Source: an uncultured Verrucomicrobiae bacterium
GTDB lineage: Bacteria; Verrucomicrobiota; Verrucomicrobiia; Chthoniobacterales; UBA10450
Assembly (NCBI GenBank): GCA_963756875.1
Contig: CAVWPA010000003.1
Span: 128,001-192,000 of the forward strand
DNA: 64,000 bases
Reading direction: 5' to 3'
In this document: one piece after another, positions 10,441 to 19,996 of the stretch
Position numbering within the stretch: the first letter of the stretch is position 1
Layout: every line of letters begins with the position of its first letter
Notes under the pieces: generated by a model
What the model was told of the DNA's origin: nothing
The model's input: the letters and a program-made list of their open reading frames with translations, nothing else
The model's database searches: none
Program-made: the position numbers and the translations under genes

Positions 10441-10923
10441 TTAAGGGGACGCGGCGGGCGCAGGCGTGGGTGAAGGTGGAATTAAAATGGTTTGGCCGGC
10501 CTGCAACCTCAGCGGGTTGTCGATGTGATTGTATTGCTGCAGCTCGCCCACGCTCACGTTGTGCGCCCTGGCGATGGAAGTCAGTGTCTCGCCGCGCCCG
10601 ACAATGTACGAGTTTTCAGCTCCCGCTTTCGCCGGCTCGACGATCGCGACTGAAGCCCTCTTCGCCGGCGTTGGCGTGGCTTCTCCGATCATCACGCCGG
10701 GACGCATCTTCGCAATCTGCCGCTCGAGCTGGAGGATATGTTGCGAGAGCGCGTCGATCTTTGCATTTTGTTCGTCGATTTTTTTGGCCAGCGCCCGGAG
10801 CTCGCTGGTCTGCGTCGGCTTGGCCGTTGGTTCGACCGGCCTCGGAGCAAAAGTTTGGGCCAAAGCCGCCCGACCGGGAAATGCCACCAGAACCAGCGCG
10901 ACCAGGGCAGCGGCGGATTTCAT
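10441..10923 (-). CDS. Secreted LysM peptidoglycan-binding protein
   Basis: Signal peptide MKSAAALV.., coiled coil, YIVGRGETLTSIARAHNVSVGELQQYN. Confidence 0.85.
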   Translation of the reverse strand: MKSAAALVALVLVAFPGRAALAQTFAPRPVEPTAKPTQTSELRALAKKIDEQNAKIDALSQHILQLERQIAKMRPGVMIGEATPTPAKRASVAIVEPAKAGAENSYIVGRGETLTSIARAHNVSVGELQQYNHIDNPLRLQAGQTILIPPSPTPAPAASP

Positions 10924-10985
10924 TCCCCTGATTTTGGCATCACCGGCTTTTTCTGGCAAGCCGGTCGCGCTCTTATATGCGGCTA

Positions 10986-11262
10986 GGAGGCTGTTGAAAT
11001 GCTGGAATGGGTCGCGCGTAGAGGCAGAAGGGGCGGATGGCAAGAAGCGAGTGAGGCGCATCCCCTTTAGCGGGCTGCAACGAGCGAGTGACGCGGCCAG
11101 CCGCCCCTTCTGCCTCGCGCCCGGTGGGTTGCGTCGTTTTTGGCGTTGGCCAACGTTGCTCGCTTGGCCGAGATCGCTGCGGATATCGGCGCTGCGCTCG
11201 CGCCTTGGCCAACGCCAAAAATCAACAGCAACTCGGCCCACTCCAGTATTTCAACAGTCTCC
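10986..11262. mobile_element. Non-autonomous MITE, 277 bp
   Basis: 29-bp terminal inverted repeats (10986-11014 and 11234-11262, 25/29 match, GGAGRCTGTTGAAAT...), TA on both flanks, two long internal inverted repeats, no transposase. Confidence 0.8.
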
Positions 11263-11300
11263 TATCTTGCCTTTGGTCCATTTCGCCTTAGTTTTTTAAC

Positions 11301-11477
11301 ATGCCGGAGCGCACTCAAAAACCAATCGATCCTGCTCCGTGGGGCCCGAAAGAAGGCGAGGGCGGCGGCCCGCGGTCGCCGGATATTTCCAGGCCCGACA
11401 CAAAGGATCTCCTAAAAAAGATGCGCAAGGTCGATCCCAATCAATCCAAGCGCTATCGTCAGCGCACGGGTCAATAA
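11301..11477 (+). CDS. ubact: UBact, prokaryotic ubiquitin-like (Pup-analogous) protein, 58 aa
   Basis: Manual translation MPERTQKPIDPAPWGPKEGEGGGPRSPDISRPDTKDLLKKMRKVDPNQSKRYRQRTGQ*; C-terminal R[TS]G[EQ] signature; directly upstream of proteasome beta and alpha. Confidence 0.92.
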   Translation: MPERTQKPIDPAPWGPKEGEGGGPRSPDISRPDTKDLLKKMRKVDPNQSKRYRQRTGQ

Positions 11478-11491
11478 ATGGAGTCTCTTCG

Positions 11492-12292
11492 GTGACGTTT
11501 GACCAGAATTTCTCTGGCGCGACGGAGGATTTTCCCGCGCTTCTGCGCCGGAAAGGCCTGCTGCAACAGGTGCCCCAACTGAATCAGACTGCCGTCGACC
11601 CGGCATTTGTGCAGACGGAATCCACTACGATTCTGGCCTTCAAATTCGCAGGCGGCGTTTTAGTGGCCGGCGACCGGCGCGCCACCTCTGGCAACACCGT
11701 GGTTTACGATCGGGCGGACAAAGTGCTCGAAATCGACCGGCACTCCATCATGGCGATCGCCGGTGTGCCGGCCACCGCATGGGAAATGGCGCGCGTGCTC
11801 GAGCACTCGTTTCAATATTTTCGCCGCACCCAGTTGCAGGAGATGAGCGTGGATGGAAAAGTCCGCGCCCTTTCCAAACTGCTGCGCGATAACTTCGGGC
11901 TCGTAATGAGAGGTGTCGGCGTAGTAGTGCCTATTTTTGCGACGTACGATTCGAATTCCTCGTCCGGAGCACGGCTTTACTTTTACGATGCGATGGGTGC
12001 GCAATTCGAAGTGACAGACTACGCTGCGACCGGCTCTGGGTCGCCGGCCGTGCGCGGTATCCTGTATTACGAAAATCACTGGGGCGGCAAGCCGTTACAG
12101 GAACTGAACGAAGAGGACGCTATCACGCTGGCCTTGCGCGCGCTGGACACCGCTGCGGAAGCAGACACCTCTACCGGCGGCGTCGATCGCGGTGGCAGGA
12201 TTTTTCCGATCATCAAGATCGTGTCGCGTGAAGGAATTACCACGCTCGCGGACGAAAAAATCGCCGCCGTTTTTCAGAAAACTGTCGCATGA
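11492..12292 (+). CDS. prcB: 20S proteasome beta subunit
   Basis: GTG start after a GGAG; mature TTILAFKFAGGVLVAGDRRAT...DK places Thr1, Asp17 and Lys33 correctly; TGSGS motif. Confidence 0.92.
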   Translation: MTFDQNFSGATEDFPALLRRKGLLQQVPQLNQTAVDPAFVQTESTTILAFKFAGGVLVAGDRRATSGNTVVYDRADKVLEIDRHSIMAIAGVPATAWEMARVLEHSFQYFRRTQLQEMSVDGKVRALSKLLRDNFGLVMRGVGVVVPIFATYDSNSSSGARLYFYDAMGAQFEVTDYAATGSGSPAVRGILYYENHWGGKPLQELNEEDAITLALRALDTAAEADTSTGGVDRGGRIFPIIKIVSREGITTLADEKIAAVFQKTVA

Positions 12293-13068
12293 TCGAGGAA
12301 CCTTATCGGTGGGTCGAGGCGATCGCCAACCGGCGCGAGTACATCGAAACTCAACTGGCAACGGGGCGGCCAATCGCGGCGATCGGCTACCGCGACGGCA
12401 TTTTGTTCTTAACGCTCGGTCGAACGCGGCAAAAGATTTTCGAGATTTACGATCGCGTCGCGATGGGGGCAATCGGGCATCCGGGCGATATCGAGCGGCT
12501 GCGCATGGCGGCGATCGAACTGGCAAGCACGGAAGGGTTCACCCGCTCGGCGGCAGACGTTTCGTTGCGGCGTCTGGCGTACTACTCGCTTAGTCCCTTG
12601 ATGAAAAGCGCGTTCGAGCAGGTTTACGGAGCGCCATATCTGGCCCGGCTCCTTTTTGCCGAGGTTGGTTCGAAACCGGAGGAAGATTTATTTTTGCGGG
12701 TCGATTACGACGGTGCCATTGCCACGAACGGTGCCTCTGTTTCACAACGACAGCGTGATTTTGGTGTTCTGGGCGCAAACCGTCGGTCGGCGGAGCTGAT
12801 GGAATCGTTTTTGCAAAAGGAAAACGCCGCGGGCGCGAGTCTGGAAGAGGCGATCCAAGTAGCGATGAACGCGTGGACTGTAGGCCAGATGGCGACCGGC
12901 GAAGATGCGATAAAGGAATTGCCGAAGTCCGACGCAATTGCCACGTATCGACAAAATCAACTCGGCGAAGCCGGCGTGGAAGCTGCCATTTTGGAACGTG
13001 ACAACAAAACGGCGATTCGTTATCGCATCTTGTCCGACGAAGAAGTTCACTCTTTAATCAAGGCCTAG
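12289..13068 (+). CDS. prcA: 20S proteasome alpha subunit
   Basis: ATGA overlap with beta; KIFEIYDRVAMGAIG and downstream motifs resemble bacterial PrcA. Confidence 0.88.
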   Translation: MIEEPYRWVEAIANRREYIETQLATGRPIAAIGYRDGILFLTLGRTRQKIFEIYDRVAMGAIGHPGDIERLRMAAIELASTEGFTRSAADVSLRRLAYYSLSPLMKSAFEQVYGAPYLARLLFAEVGSKPEEDLFLRVDYDGAIATNGASVSQRQRDFGVLGANRRSAELMESFLQKENAAGASLEEAIQVAMNAWTVGQMATGEDAIKELPKSDAIATYRQNQLGEAGVEAAILERDNKTAIRYRILSDEEVHSLIKA

Positions 13069-13073
13069 ACGCT

Positions 13074-13868
13074 ATGTCTCGACTGCGACTACCGGTTCCG
13101 GCGGGTACGCAAGATTTTGTCGCCTGGTTTGGCTTGCTGCTCATGGTCGTATCGTTTGCCTGGTTGCAGTGGGTTACGCGGCCGCCATCCTCTTCGGCGC
13201 GCTCAACGGCCTCGCCCGGCCCATTCTCGCTTGTGGTAATCGATCCCGGGCATGGAGGGCAGGATTCCGGTGCGATGTGTGGCGGAGTGCTTGAGAAGGA
13301 TCTGACGCTCGATGTCGCACAGCGGATCGACCGGCTGTTGCAGGCACAAGGGATCGCCACGCTCATGACGCGGACCGGCGACAGCTATCTTTCGCTGGCC
13401 GATCGCGCCGCGATCACCAATCGGGCGCGCGACTGCATTTTCGTGAGTATTCACTTCAACGAAGGGAGCAAACCGGTTTCCAGCGGGGTGGAAACATATT
13501 ACGCCGAGCACCAGATGCCCGCCAAGGAGCCGCTCGTTTCCTGGCTCCCCTTTCTGCAGCGCACAGCTTTGGAGACACCGAATTTCCAGAGCCAAAGCCT
13601 CGCCGGTTTCATTCAGCAAGCGCTGGTGACCGGCACCCAGGAGACAGACCGTGGAACAAAGGCCAGCCAGTTTTTTGTGATCGCGAACGTGCGACACCCC
13701 GCGGTTCTGGTGGAGGGAGGCTTCCTGAGCAACAAGGAAGAAATCGGCAAGTTGCAGAACCCGGATTACCGCGAGCAAATGGCCGCTGCCATCACGCAAG
13801 GAATCGCCCGCTATCGCGACGTATTGAAGCAACGCCAGGGAATACTGGCCGCCACCGGCGGCCGCTGA
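13074..13868 (+). CDS. N-acetylmuramoyl-L-alanine amidase (Amidase_3)
   Basis: VVIDPGHGG, EKDLTL, SIHFN, VLVEGGFLSN; N-terminal TM anchor. Confidence 0.92.
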   Translation: MSRLRLPVPAGTQDFVAWFGLLLMVVSFAWLQWVTRPPSSSARSTASPGPFSLVVIDPGHGGQDSGAMCGGVLEKDLTLDVAQRIDRLLQAQGIATLMTRTGDSYLSLADRAAITNRARDCIFVSIHFNEGSKPVSSGVETYYAEHQMPAKEPLVSWLPFLQRTALETPNFQSQSLAGFIQQALVTGTQETDRGTKASQFFVIANVRHPAVLVEGGFLSNKEEIGKLQNPDYREQMAAAITQGIARYRDVLKQRQGILAATGGR

Positions 13869-13905
13869 ATAGCCGGGGAATAGCCGCGTCAAAGCAACCA
13901 TCGAC

Positions 13906-14634
13906 ATGAAAACCATCATTCCGGCCCTCATTCTTCTGGCCTCGGTCTCGCTTCTCCGCGCCGACCAAACCATCCAGAACGTGCAACAGGCGCTCAAGGA
14001 TCAGGGCTTCTATTACGGCACACTTACGGGCGAAAAAAATGCGGACACGATTGCGGCAATCCGGCGTTATCAAATTCGCAACGGCTTGCAGGTGACCGGC
14101 GAACTCGACGACGAGACACTCCGCGCACTTGGAGTTGGAAAATCCTCGCACTCCGTCGCAAAGACAAGGCCTTCAGCCACGCCGGAAACCGCCGACTCCC
14201 GAACCACGTCGCGCGAAGAAGCTATTCCCGCCAGCCCGACGCCGGCGGAGCTCGCCTCGACACGGCCGCCGGATCGAGAAGTCGTGTATCCTAGCAGGGC
14301 CACAGCCGCGACACTGGAAGGGGGCGATCTTTTCGCCAGAACGCCATATGAGACGGCGTCTCCCGAGGTCCAGCGCAACGTGGTTCTTTCCGCTCAACGC
14401 AGCCTCGCACAACGCGGTCTTTACCGCGACGAACTCGATGGCATTTATGGCCCGAGCATGGCGTTTTCCTTGCGCGCTTATCAGGCGCGCGCCAAACTGC
14501 CTGTCACGGGGCGGCTCGACCTGGAAACGTTGGCCGCGCTTCGACTTTTGCCGGGCGCAAACACGCCGGTTTACGTTCCCCACCGGCGATTCCTTCGGGA
14601 GCGACCGGTCCGCGGCGAATGGATTCGGGAATAA
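13906..14634 (+). CDS. Secreted protein with two peptidoglycan-binding (PG_binding_1) domains
   Basis: VQQALKDQGFY..AIRRYQ..GLQVTGELD and AQRSLAQRGLY..DGIYG..LPVTGRLD. Confidence 0.85.
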   Translation: MKTIIPALILLASVSLLRADQTIQNVQQALKDQGFYYGTLTGEKNADTIAAIRRYQIRNGLQVTGELDDETLRALGVGKSSHSVAKTRPSATPETADSRTTSREEAIPASPTPAELASTRPPDREVVYPSRATAATLEGGDLFARTPYETASPEVQRNVVLSAQRSLAQRGLYRDELDGIYGPSMAFSLRAYQARAKLPVTGRLDLETLAALRLLPGANTPVYVPHRRFLRERPVRGEWIRE

Positions 14635-14662
14635 ATTCCGGTCGGCGCCCTGAGCGCTGTAC

Positions 14663-15535
14663 CTAATGTGCCGACGCGGCAGCCGGGTTGTGTTGCGATC
14701 TCTCGGGCTCGAGCCGGGCAGACTGCAACTCGCCGAAGACGGTGCCGATAAAAATCTGCGCCTCGGCGCGAAGCGGCAGCCGATTTGCGTCGTCGGAAAT
14801 CCAAATGGTGGCGCGGCGGAATTTGCGATGCGGCTCCAATTCGAAATGCTTGCCAATCTTGTGAAGCCGTAAATCGAGTTTGATCGCATTGTATGTCCCT
14901 GGGCGGACGGAAATCTTTTCCCGCCCGGTCACCGTCAACGTTGCCAGGTAGGCGGAAGTCGCGGGATAAATAACGACCCGATAAACGCTGCCGTTAGTGA
15001 GAGGCTGACTCCGCAGATAGAGAAGCGCCGAATGCATATCGAACAAATTCGTGAAATCGAAGTTGCGTGTCTTGCTTTTGGAAGCATTAGGCCATTCGAC
15101 ACGTTTGCTTTCGACGCCGCCGTTATTGAAAAAAAGGCCGGTGAAAAGCTTTTTCGACCGGTAGCTTTCCGTTTGGTTCGATTCGATGGGGCGCAACGTG
15201 TCTGCATTGACGATCGAGCGGTAATTCACATCGAACTTCCACAGCAGGCGCGCCAATCCGACCGTGCGACCTGTTCCTTCGAGTTGAAAGCGGTCGCTGG
15301 GAGTCTTCGAAAAATGCACTTCAGCCGTGGCAGCAGTCAGCCCGGCCCAACCAAACCGATAAGTGGCACGAACCGACCGGGGCGTGGGAAAATTGCCCGG
15401 AGGCTCTTTACTGACTGTGGATTGCCAGCCGGTAGCATCGCAAATCCCGGGAATAAGACAGGCAACAGTCGCAATGGAAAGAACAGAACACGAAGGCCGC
15501 GGAAGAATGCAGGGCAAAAAGCTTGAAAAGTTCAC
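14663..15535 (-). CDS. DUF3108-like secreted protein
   Basis: Signal peptide; GREKISVRPGTYNA, IWISDDANRLPLR. Confidence 0.7.
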   Translation of the reverse strand: MNFSSFLPCILPRPSCSVLSIATVACLIPGICDATGWQSTVSKEPPGNFPTPRSVRATYRFGWAGLTAATAEVHFSKTPSDRFQLEGTGRTVGLARLLWKFDVNYRSIVNADTLRPIESNQTESYRSKKLFTGLFFNNGGVESKRVEWPNASKSKTRNFDFTNLFDMHSALLYLRSQPLTNGSVYRVVIYPATSAYLATLTVTGREKISVRPGTYNAIKLDLRLHKIGKHFELEPHRKFRRATIWISDDANRLPLRAEAQIFIGTVFGELQSARLEPERSQHNPAAASAH

Positions 15536-15550
15536 TTCTCCACGGGGTAC

Positions 15551-15590
15551 GAAAAAAACACACGCGAGTTTCTGCCCGCGTGTGTTTTTC
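15551..15590 (-). terminator. Rho-independent terminator after skp
   Basis: Minus strand ACACACGCG-GGCAGAAACT-CGCGTGTGT followed by a T run. Confidence 0.75.
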
Positions 15591-15609
15591 CGATTAGCGA
15601 AAGTAAATG

Positions 15610-16218
15610 CTACGGTTTTTTGGCGGGCGGACTCTTGGTGGCTGGTGCGGCCCGGCCCGGCTTGTTCAGGACGGCGATCACGTCATTGGTAAAATCGACG
15701 TCGTTCCTGGAGTACATCAGCAACGGGACGCCGTTGAGGCTCATACCGGATTTATCAAAAACAAAGTCGAGGTTATTGGCTTTGACCTTCTCCATCACGA
15801 CATCGGTAATTTCCTTAACGATGCCTTCCCGCATGCGCAGGGCCTGCTCCTGAAGCTGGCGCTCGCGGGTCTGGCGAAATTCAGTGATCTCCCGCTCCAT
15901 GTTTTTGATATTGGCGATTTTGTCGTCGCGCTCTTTTGCCGTTTGCGCCTTTTTATCCGCGCTTAATGCGGGCGAATCGAGTTGCTTGTTCAGGCCGTTG
16001 ACCTCGTCGAGCACCTTCTTATATGCGTTGGCACGGTCGTCGTATTCTTTTTTGGCCTGATTTTTGGCTTCGTTAATTTTCGCCTCCGCGTCCTTGGTTT
16101 TGTTGAATTCCTTGAAGGCGCGATTCATATCAACGGTGCCGATTTTGATGCTTTGCCCACGCGCTGCGATGGGCAACACAAGCGCCGAGACAAGAGTGAG
16201 AAGGAGGAGTTTTTTCAT
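15610..16218 (-). CDS. skp: Skp/OmpH periplasmic chaperone
   Basis: KIGTVDM, long coiled coil, LDFVFDKS..DFTNDVI; follows bamA. Confidence 0.9.
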   Translation of the reverse strand: MKKLLLLTLVSALVLPIAARGQSIKIGTVDMNRAFKEFNKTKDAEAKINEAKNQAKKEYDDRANAYKKVLDEVNGLNKQLDSPALSADKKAQTAKERDDKIANIKNMEREITEFRQTRERQLQEQALRMREGIVKEITDVVMEKVKANNLDFVFDKSGMSLNGVPLLMYSRNDVDFTNDVIAVLNKPGRAAPATKSPPAKKP

Positions 16219-16274
16219 AGACAGGGATAAACAGTTCGTCGGAAATCGGTTAGACTGCAAGCATCAATATTCGT

Positions 16275-18743
16275 TCAAAATTGGTAGCCAACACTGAAGT
16301 TGATGTTTCCCTTTTTGCTGTTTCCAGCGCTCTGGGCAGGGATGCCGTAGTCGATCCGGAGCGGGCCGATGGGCAGATCCAGCCGGATCCCAATGCCAAA
16401 GTCGGACGCGAGGTCATAATAAGTTGAGCGAGGTCCCGTGGCGCCAGCTAGAATTCTCCTGGGATTACGCGGGATTGTCTGATCCTTCGGGGAGAAATCC
16501 CAGGCATCGGTGTTAACAAATCCGACGTCGTAAAAGAGTGCGCCCCGTGTTTTTATCACCAGCGGAAACGTCAACTCCACGGTGGCCCGAGCCAGCGACT
16601 GGCCGCCGATTGGCTGGTTATTGTTGTCCCTCGGGCTGACATCGCGAAATTGAAACCCGCGCAGATTTCCGGAGCCGCCAAGATAAAGACGGTCGTAAAT
16701 CGGAACGTTGGGGATCACTTCTGGAACCGTGTTGATGCCGGGGGGGGCGACAGCGCCGATCGAATTCACATAAATCGTTTTACTCTCCGGCTGGTTCCAA
16801 ACATCCACTGTCGCTGCTTCGCCATTGATCAACAGGATCAGGTCCCCGGGGAAATGGAAGTATTGTGACGCCTCCAGGTCCCAGCCATAGATCTGTTCGT
16901 TCCCGCCGAGGAAACCGCCCGACACATACGGAGCGAGAGAAATACGCTGCCCGTGCCGCGTCAAAAAGGGACTGTCGCGCCGATCGAAAACGAGACTGGT
17001 GCTGACCTGGCTCTTTACCTGCGAGCCCGCCTCGTTCTGGATCTCCGCAGAGACACCTGTCGCCACGTTGTAGATCTCGATATCCTGTAACCCGTAGCCC
17101 AAGGTACCGTACGTGTAGGGAAAGAGCGGTTTGCGCAACTCAACCGAGAAGCCGTAGTTGCGCTGGTCATATACCGAGCTCAGATAATTCGCTTCACTGT
17201 AGAAGGCTTGCCCACCCAGCGAAAGACGCTGATCCAGAAACCAGGGCTCCGTCAATGCCAGGAGAAAATCTTTCCGCTGCGTGCCAACCTGCGCGCGCGC
17301 CCGAAACTTCTCGCCGCCTCCGGTAAACGCCGGCCAGTTCGTCAAATCGAAGTTGCCCTGTGTTAGCTCAACAAACCCAACCAGACTGTCGACCGTGCTA
17401 AACCCGGCACCGAAGTTAAGCGACCCGGTCCGCTTCTCTTCCACTTGAATTACCAGGTCCTTGCGAGCCTCAACCCCGGTATCTTCAGGATAGGTGTCGA
17501 CCTTCGAAAAATAACCAAGGTTCTCGAGGCGCTTCTTACTGATATCCACCCGCACTGTGTTGAACACTTCGCCCGGGGCGATGAGAACTTCGCGCCGAAT
17601 CACCTTATCCTTGGTCCGCGAGTTGCCGACGATGCTTATCCGTTGAACAAACGAGCGCTGGCCCTCTTCGATCTTGTAATGAATGTCGATCCTGCCGGGG
17701 CCGGCCGGAGACCCTTCCGGTTGAATCACCGTATCGACGTAGCCACCCGTGCCGTAAGCGTCCGCGATGGCCTTGGCGTCGTCGTGCAATTGTTTCGGCG
17801 AATAAACCGCGCCCGCCTTCATCTTAATCACGCCCTCAAGTTTCTTCAGATCGGCCGCCTTGTAACCGGAGAATGAAATCTTGTTGGCGTGATATTTAAT
17901 CCCTTCGTTGAGCGCGATTGTGATCACCATTTTCCTGCGTACACGCTCTTTGCGCACGTCTTTTACCTCGACGTCGATGTAACCGTGGTTCTGATAGAAC
18001 TCCTTAACCTTCTCCAGGTCCTCCTGCAGCTGCGCTTCATCCAGACGGCCCGACTTGTCGAAAAATGCAAAGAGTGTCTTGCCCTTTGTCTTCATTTGAT
18101 GGCGCAGCACCTTGTCGCTGAAGTGCTCGTTACCTTCGAATTCGACCCGCGCGACCGCCCCTTTTACTCCCTCGGTCACCGTGTAAACCACACGCGCCGT
18201 CCCCCGCTTTTCGTCGATCGGCTCCACTCGATACTGCACGGCGACGTCGGTAAACCCATGGATCTGATACGTCTCGATAATCTTCTGGCGTCCTTTTTCG
18301 AGTTCCTCCTCCCTTACCGGCGCATTCAGTCTCAAGCCAGAGTCTTTCCGGATTTTCTTCGCCTTAATTCGCTTGGCCCCTTCGATGACGATCTCGCGCA
18401 CGATGGCGCGCGGCTGCACCGCGACGACCACTTTTACTCCGTCACTCCGGGGCTTGGCGTAGATTCGCACGTTCTGGACCGAGCCGGTCTTGTACAGGCT
18501 GCGAATGTCGTCCTCCACCACCTGATCAGAATAGGGCTGGCCGACCGCGGTCCTCATGTGCGCCAGAATGCGTTCCTGAGAAATCGTCGCGGGTCCCATG
18601 TATTGCACCTCAATCGACCGGACAATCGGCGCTCCCTGGCCAGCTCCCTGCCCGTCCGCCGGGCCCGCGCCGAGCAACACCAAAAGCAGTGTCATCGAAC
18701 CCAGAGACGCGCGGGCCCAAATTAAAACGCGAGATTGTCTCAT
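16275..18743 (-). CDS. bamA: Outer membrane protein assembly factor BamA
   Basis: POTRA repeats, LRGF motif, C-terminal GYQF. Confidence 0.95.
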   Translation of the reverse strand: MRQSRVLIWARASLGSMTLLLVLLGAGPADGQGAGQGAPIVRSIEVQYMGPATISQERILAHMRTAVGQPYSDQVVEDDIRSLYKTGSVQNVRIYAKPRSDGVKVVVAVQPRAIVREIVIEGAKRIKAKKIRKDSGLRLNAPVREEELEKGRQKIIETYQIHGFTDVAVQYRVEPIDEKRGTARVVYTVTEGVKGAVARVEFEGNEHFSDKVLRHQMKTKGKTLFAFFDKSGRLDEAQLQEDLEKVKEFYQNHGYIDVEVKDVRKERVRRKMVITIALNEGIKYHANKISFSGYKAADLKKLEGVIKMKAGAVYSPKQLHDDAKAIADAYGTGGYVDTVIQPEGSPAGPGRIDIHYKIEEGQRSFVQRISIVGNSRTKDKVIRREVLIAPGEVFNTVRVDISKKRLENLGYFSKVDTYPEDTGVEARKDLVIQVEEKRTGSLNFGAGFSTVDSLVGFVELTQGNFDLTNWPAFTGGGEKFRARAQVGTQRKDFLLALTEPWFLDQRLSLGGQAFYSEANYLSSVYDQRNYGFSVELRKPLFPYTYGTLGYGLQDIEIYNVATGVSAEIQNEAGSQVKSQVSTSLVFDRRDSPFLTRHGQRISLAPYVSGGFLGGNEQIYGWDLEASQYFHFPGDLILLINGEAATVDVWNQPESKTIYVNSIGAVAPPGINTVPEVIPNVPIYDRLYLGGSGNLRGFQFRDVSPRDNNNQPIGGQSLARATVELTFPLVIKTRGALFYDVGFVNTDAWDFSPKDQTIPRNPRRILAGATGPRSTYYDLASDFGIGIRLDLPIGPLRIDYGIPAQSAGNSKKGNINFSVGYQF

Positions 18744-18888
18744 AACTTAAAGCTTAAAGATGCCGAGTCCCGCGACAAAACCCTGACGCGGGACAGAGCG
18801 GCTATTAGAGGAAGAAGGAGGGTCTGGTCAAGGCATCATTTTCGAGGAGGGGGGCGGCGTTGGCCCATTAGACAACGCCGCCTGCTTT

Positions 18889-19980
<1,092 letters not shown>

Positions 19981-19996
19981 TTCAGACGCATTTTAT

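Noticed and set aside
10924..11299. Long ORFs crossing this region (10441..11241 extension and 10529..11299)
   Set aside because: They read through the MITE and show no protein-like features.
11339..11491. N-terminal 51 aa of the 317-aa proteasome beta ORF in the track
   Set aside because: It overlaps the UBact gene in another frame. The GTG at 11492 with an upstream GGAG is the better start.
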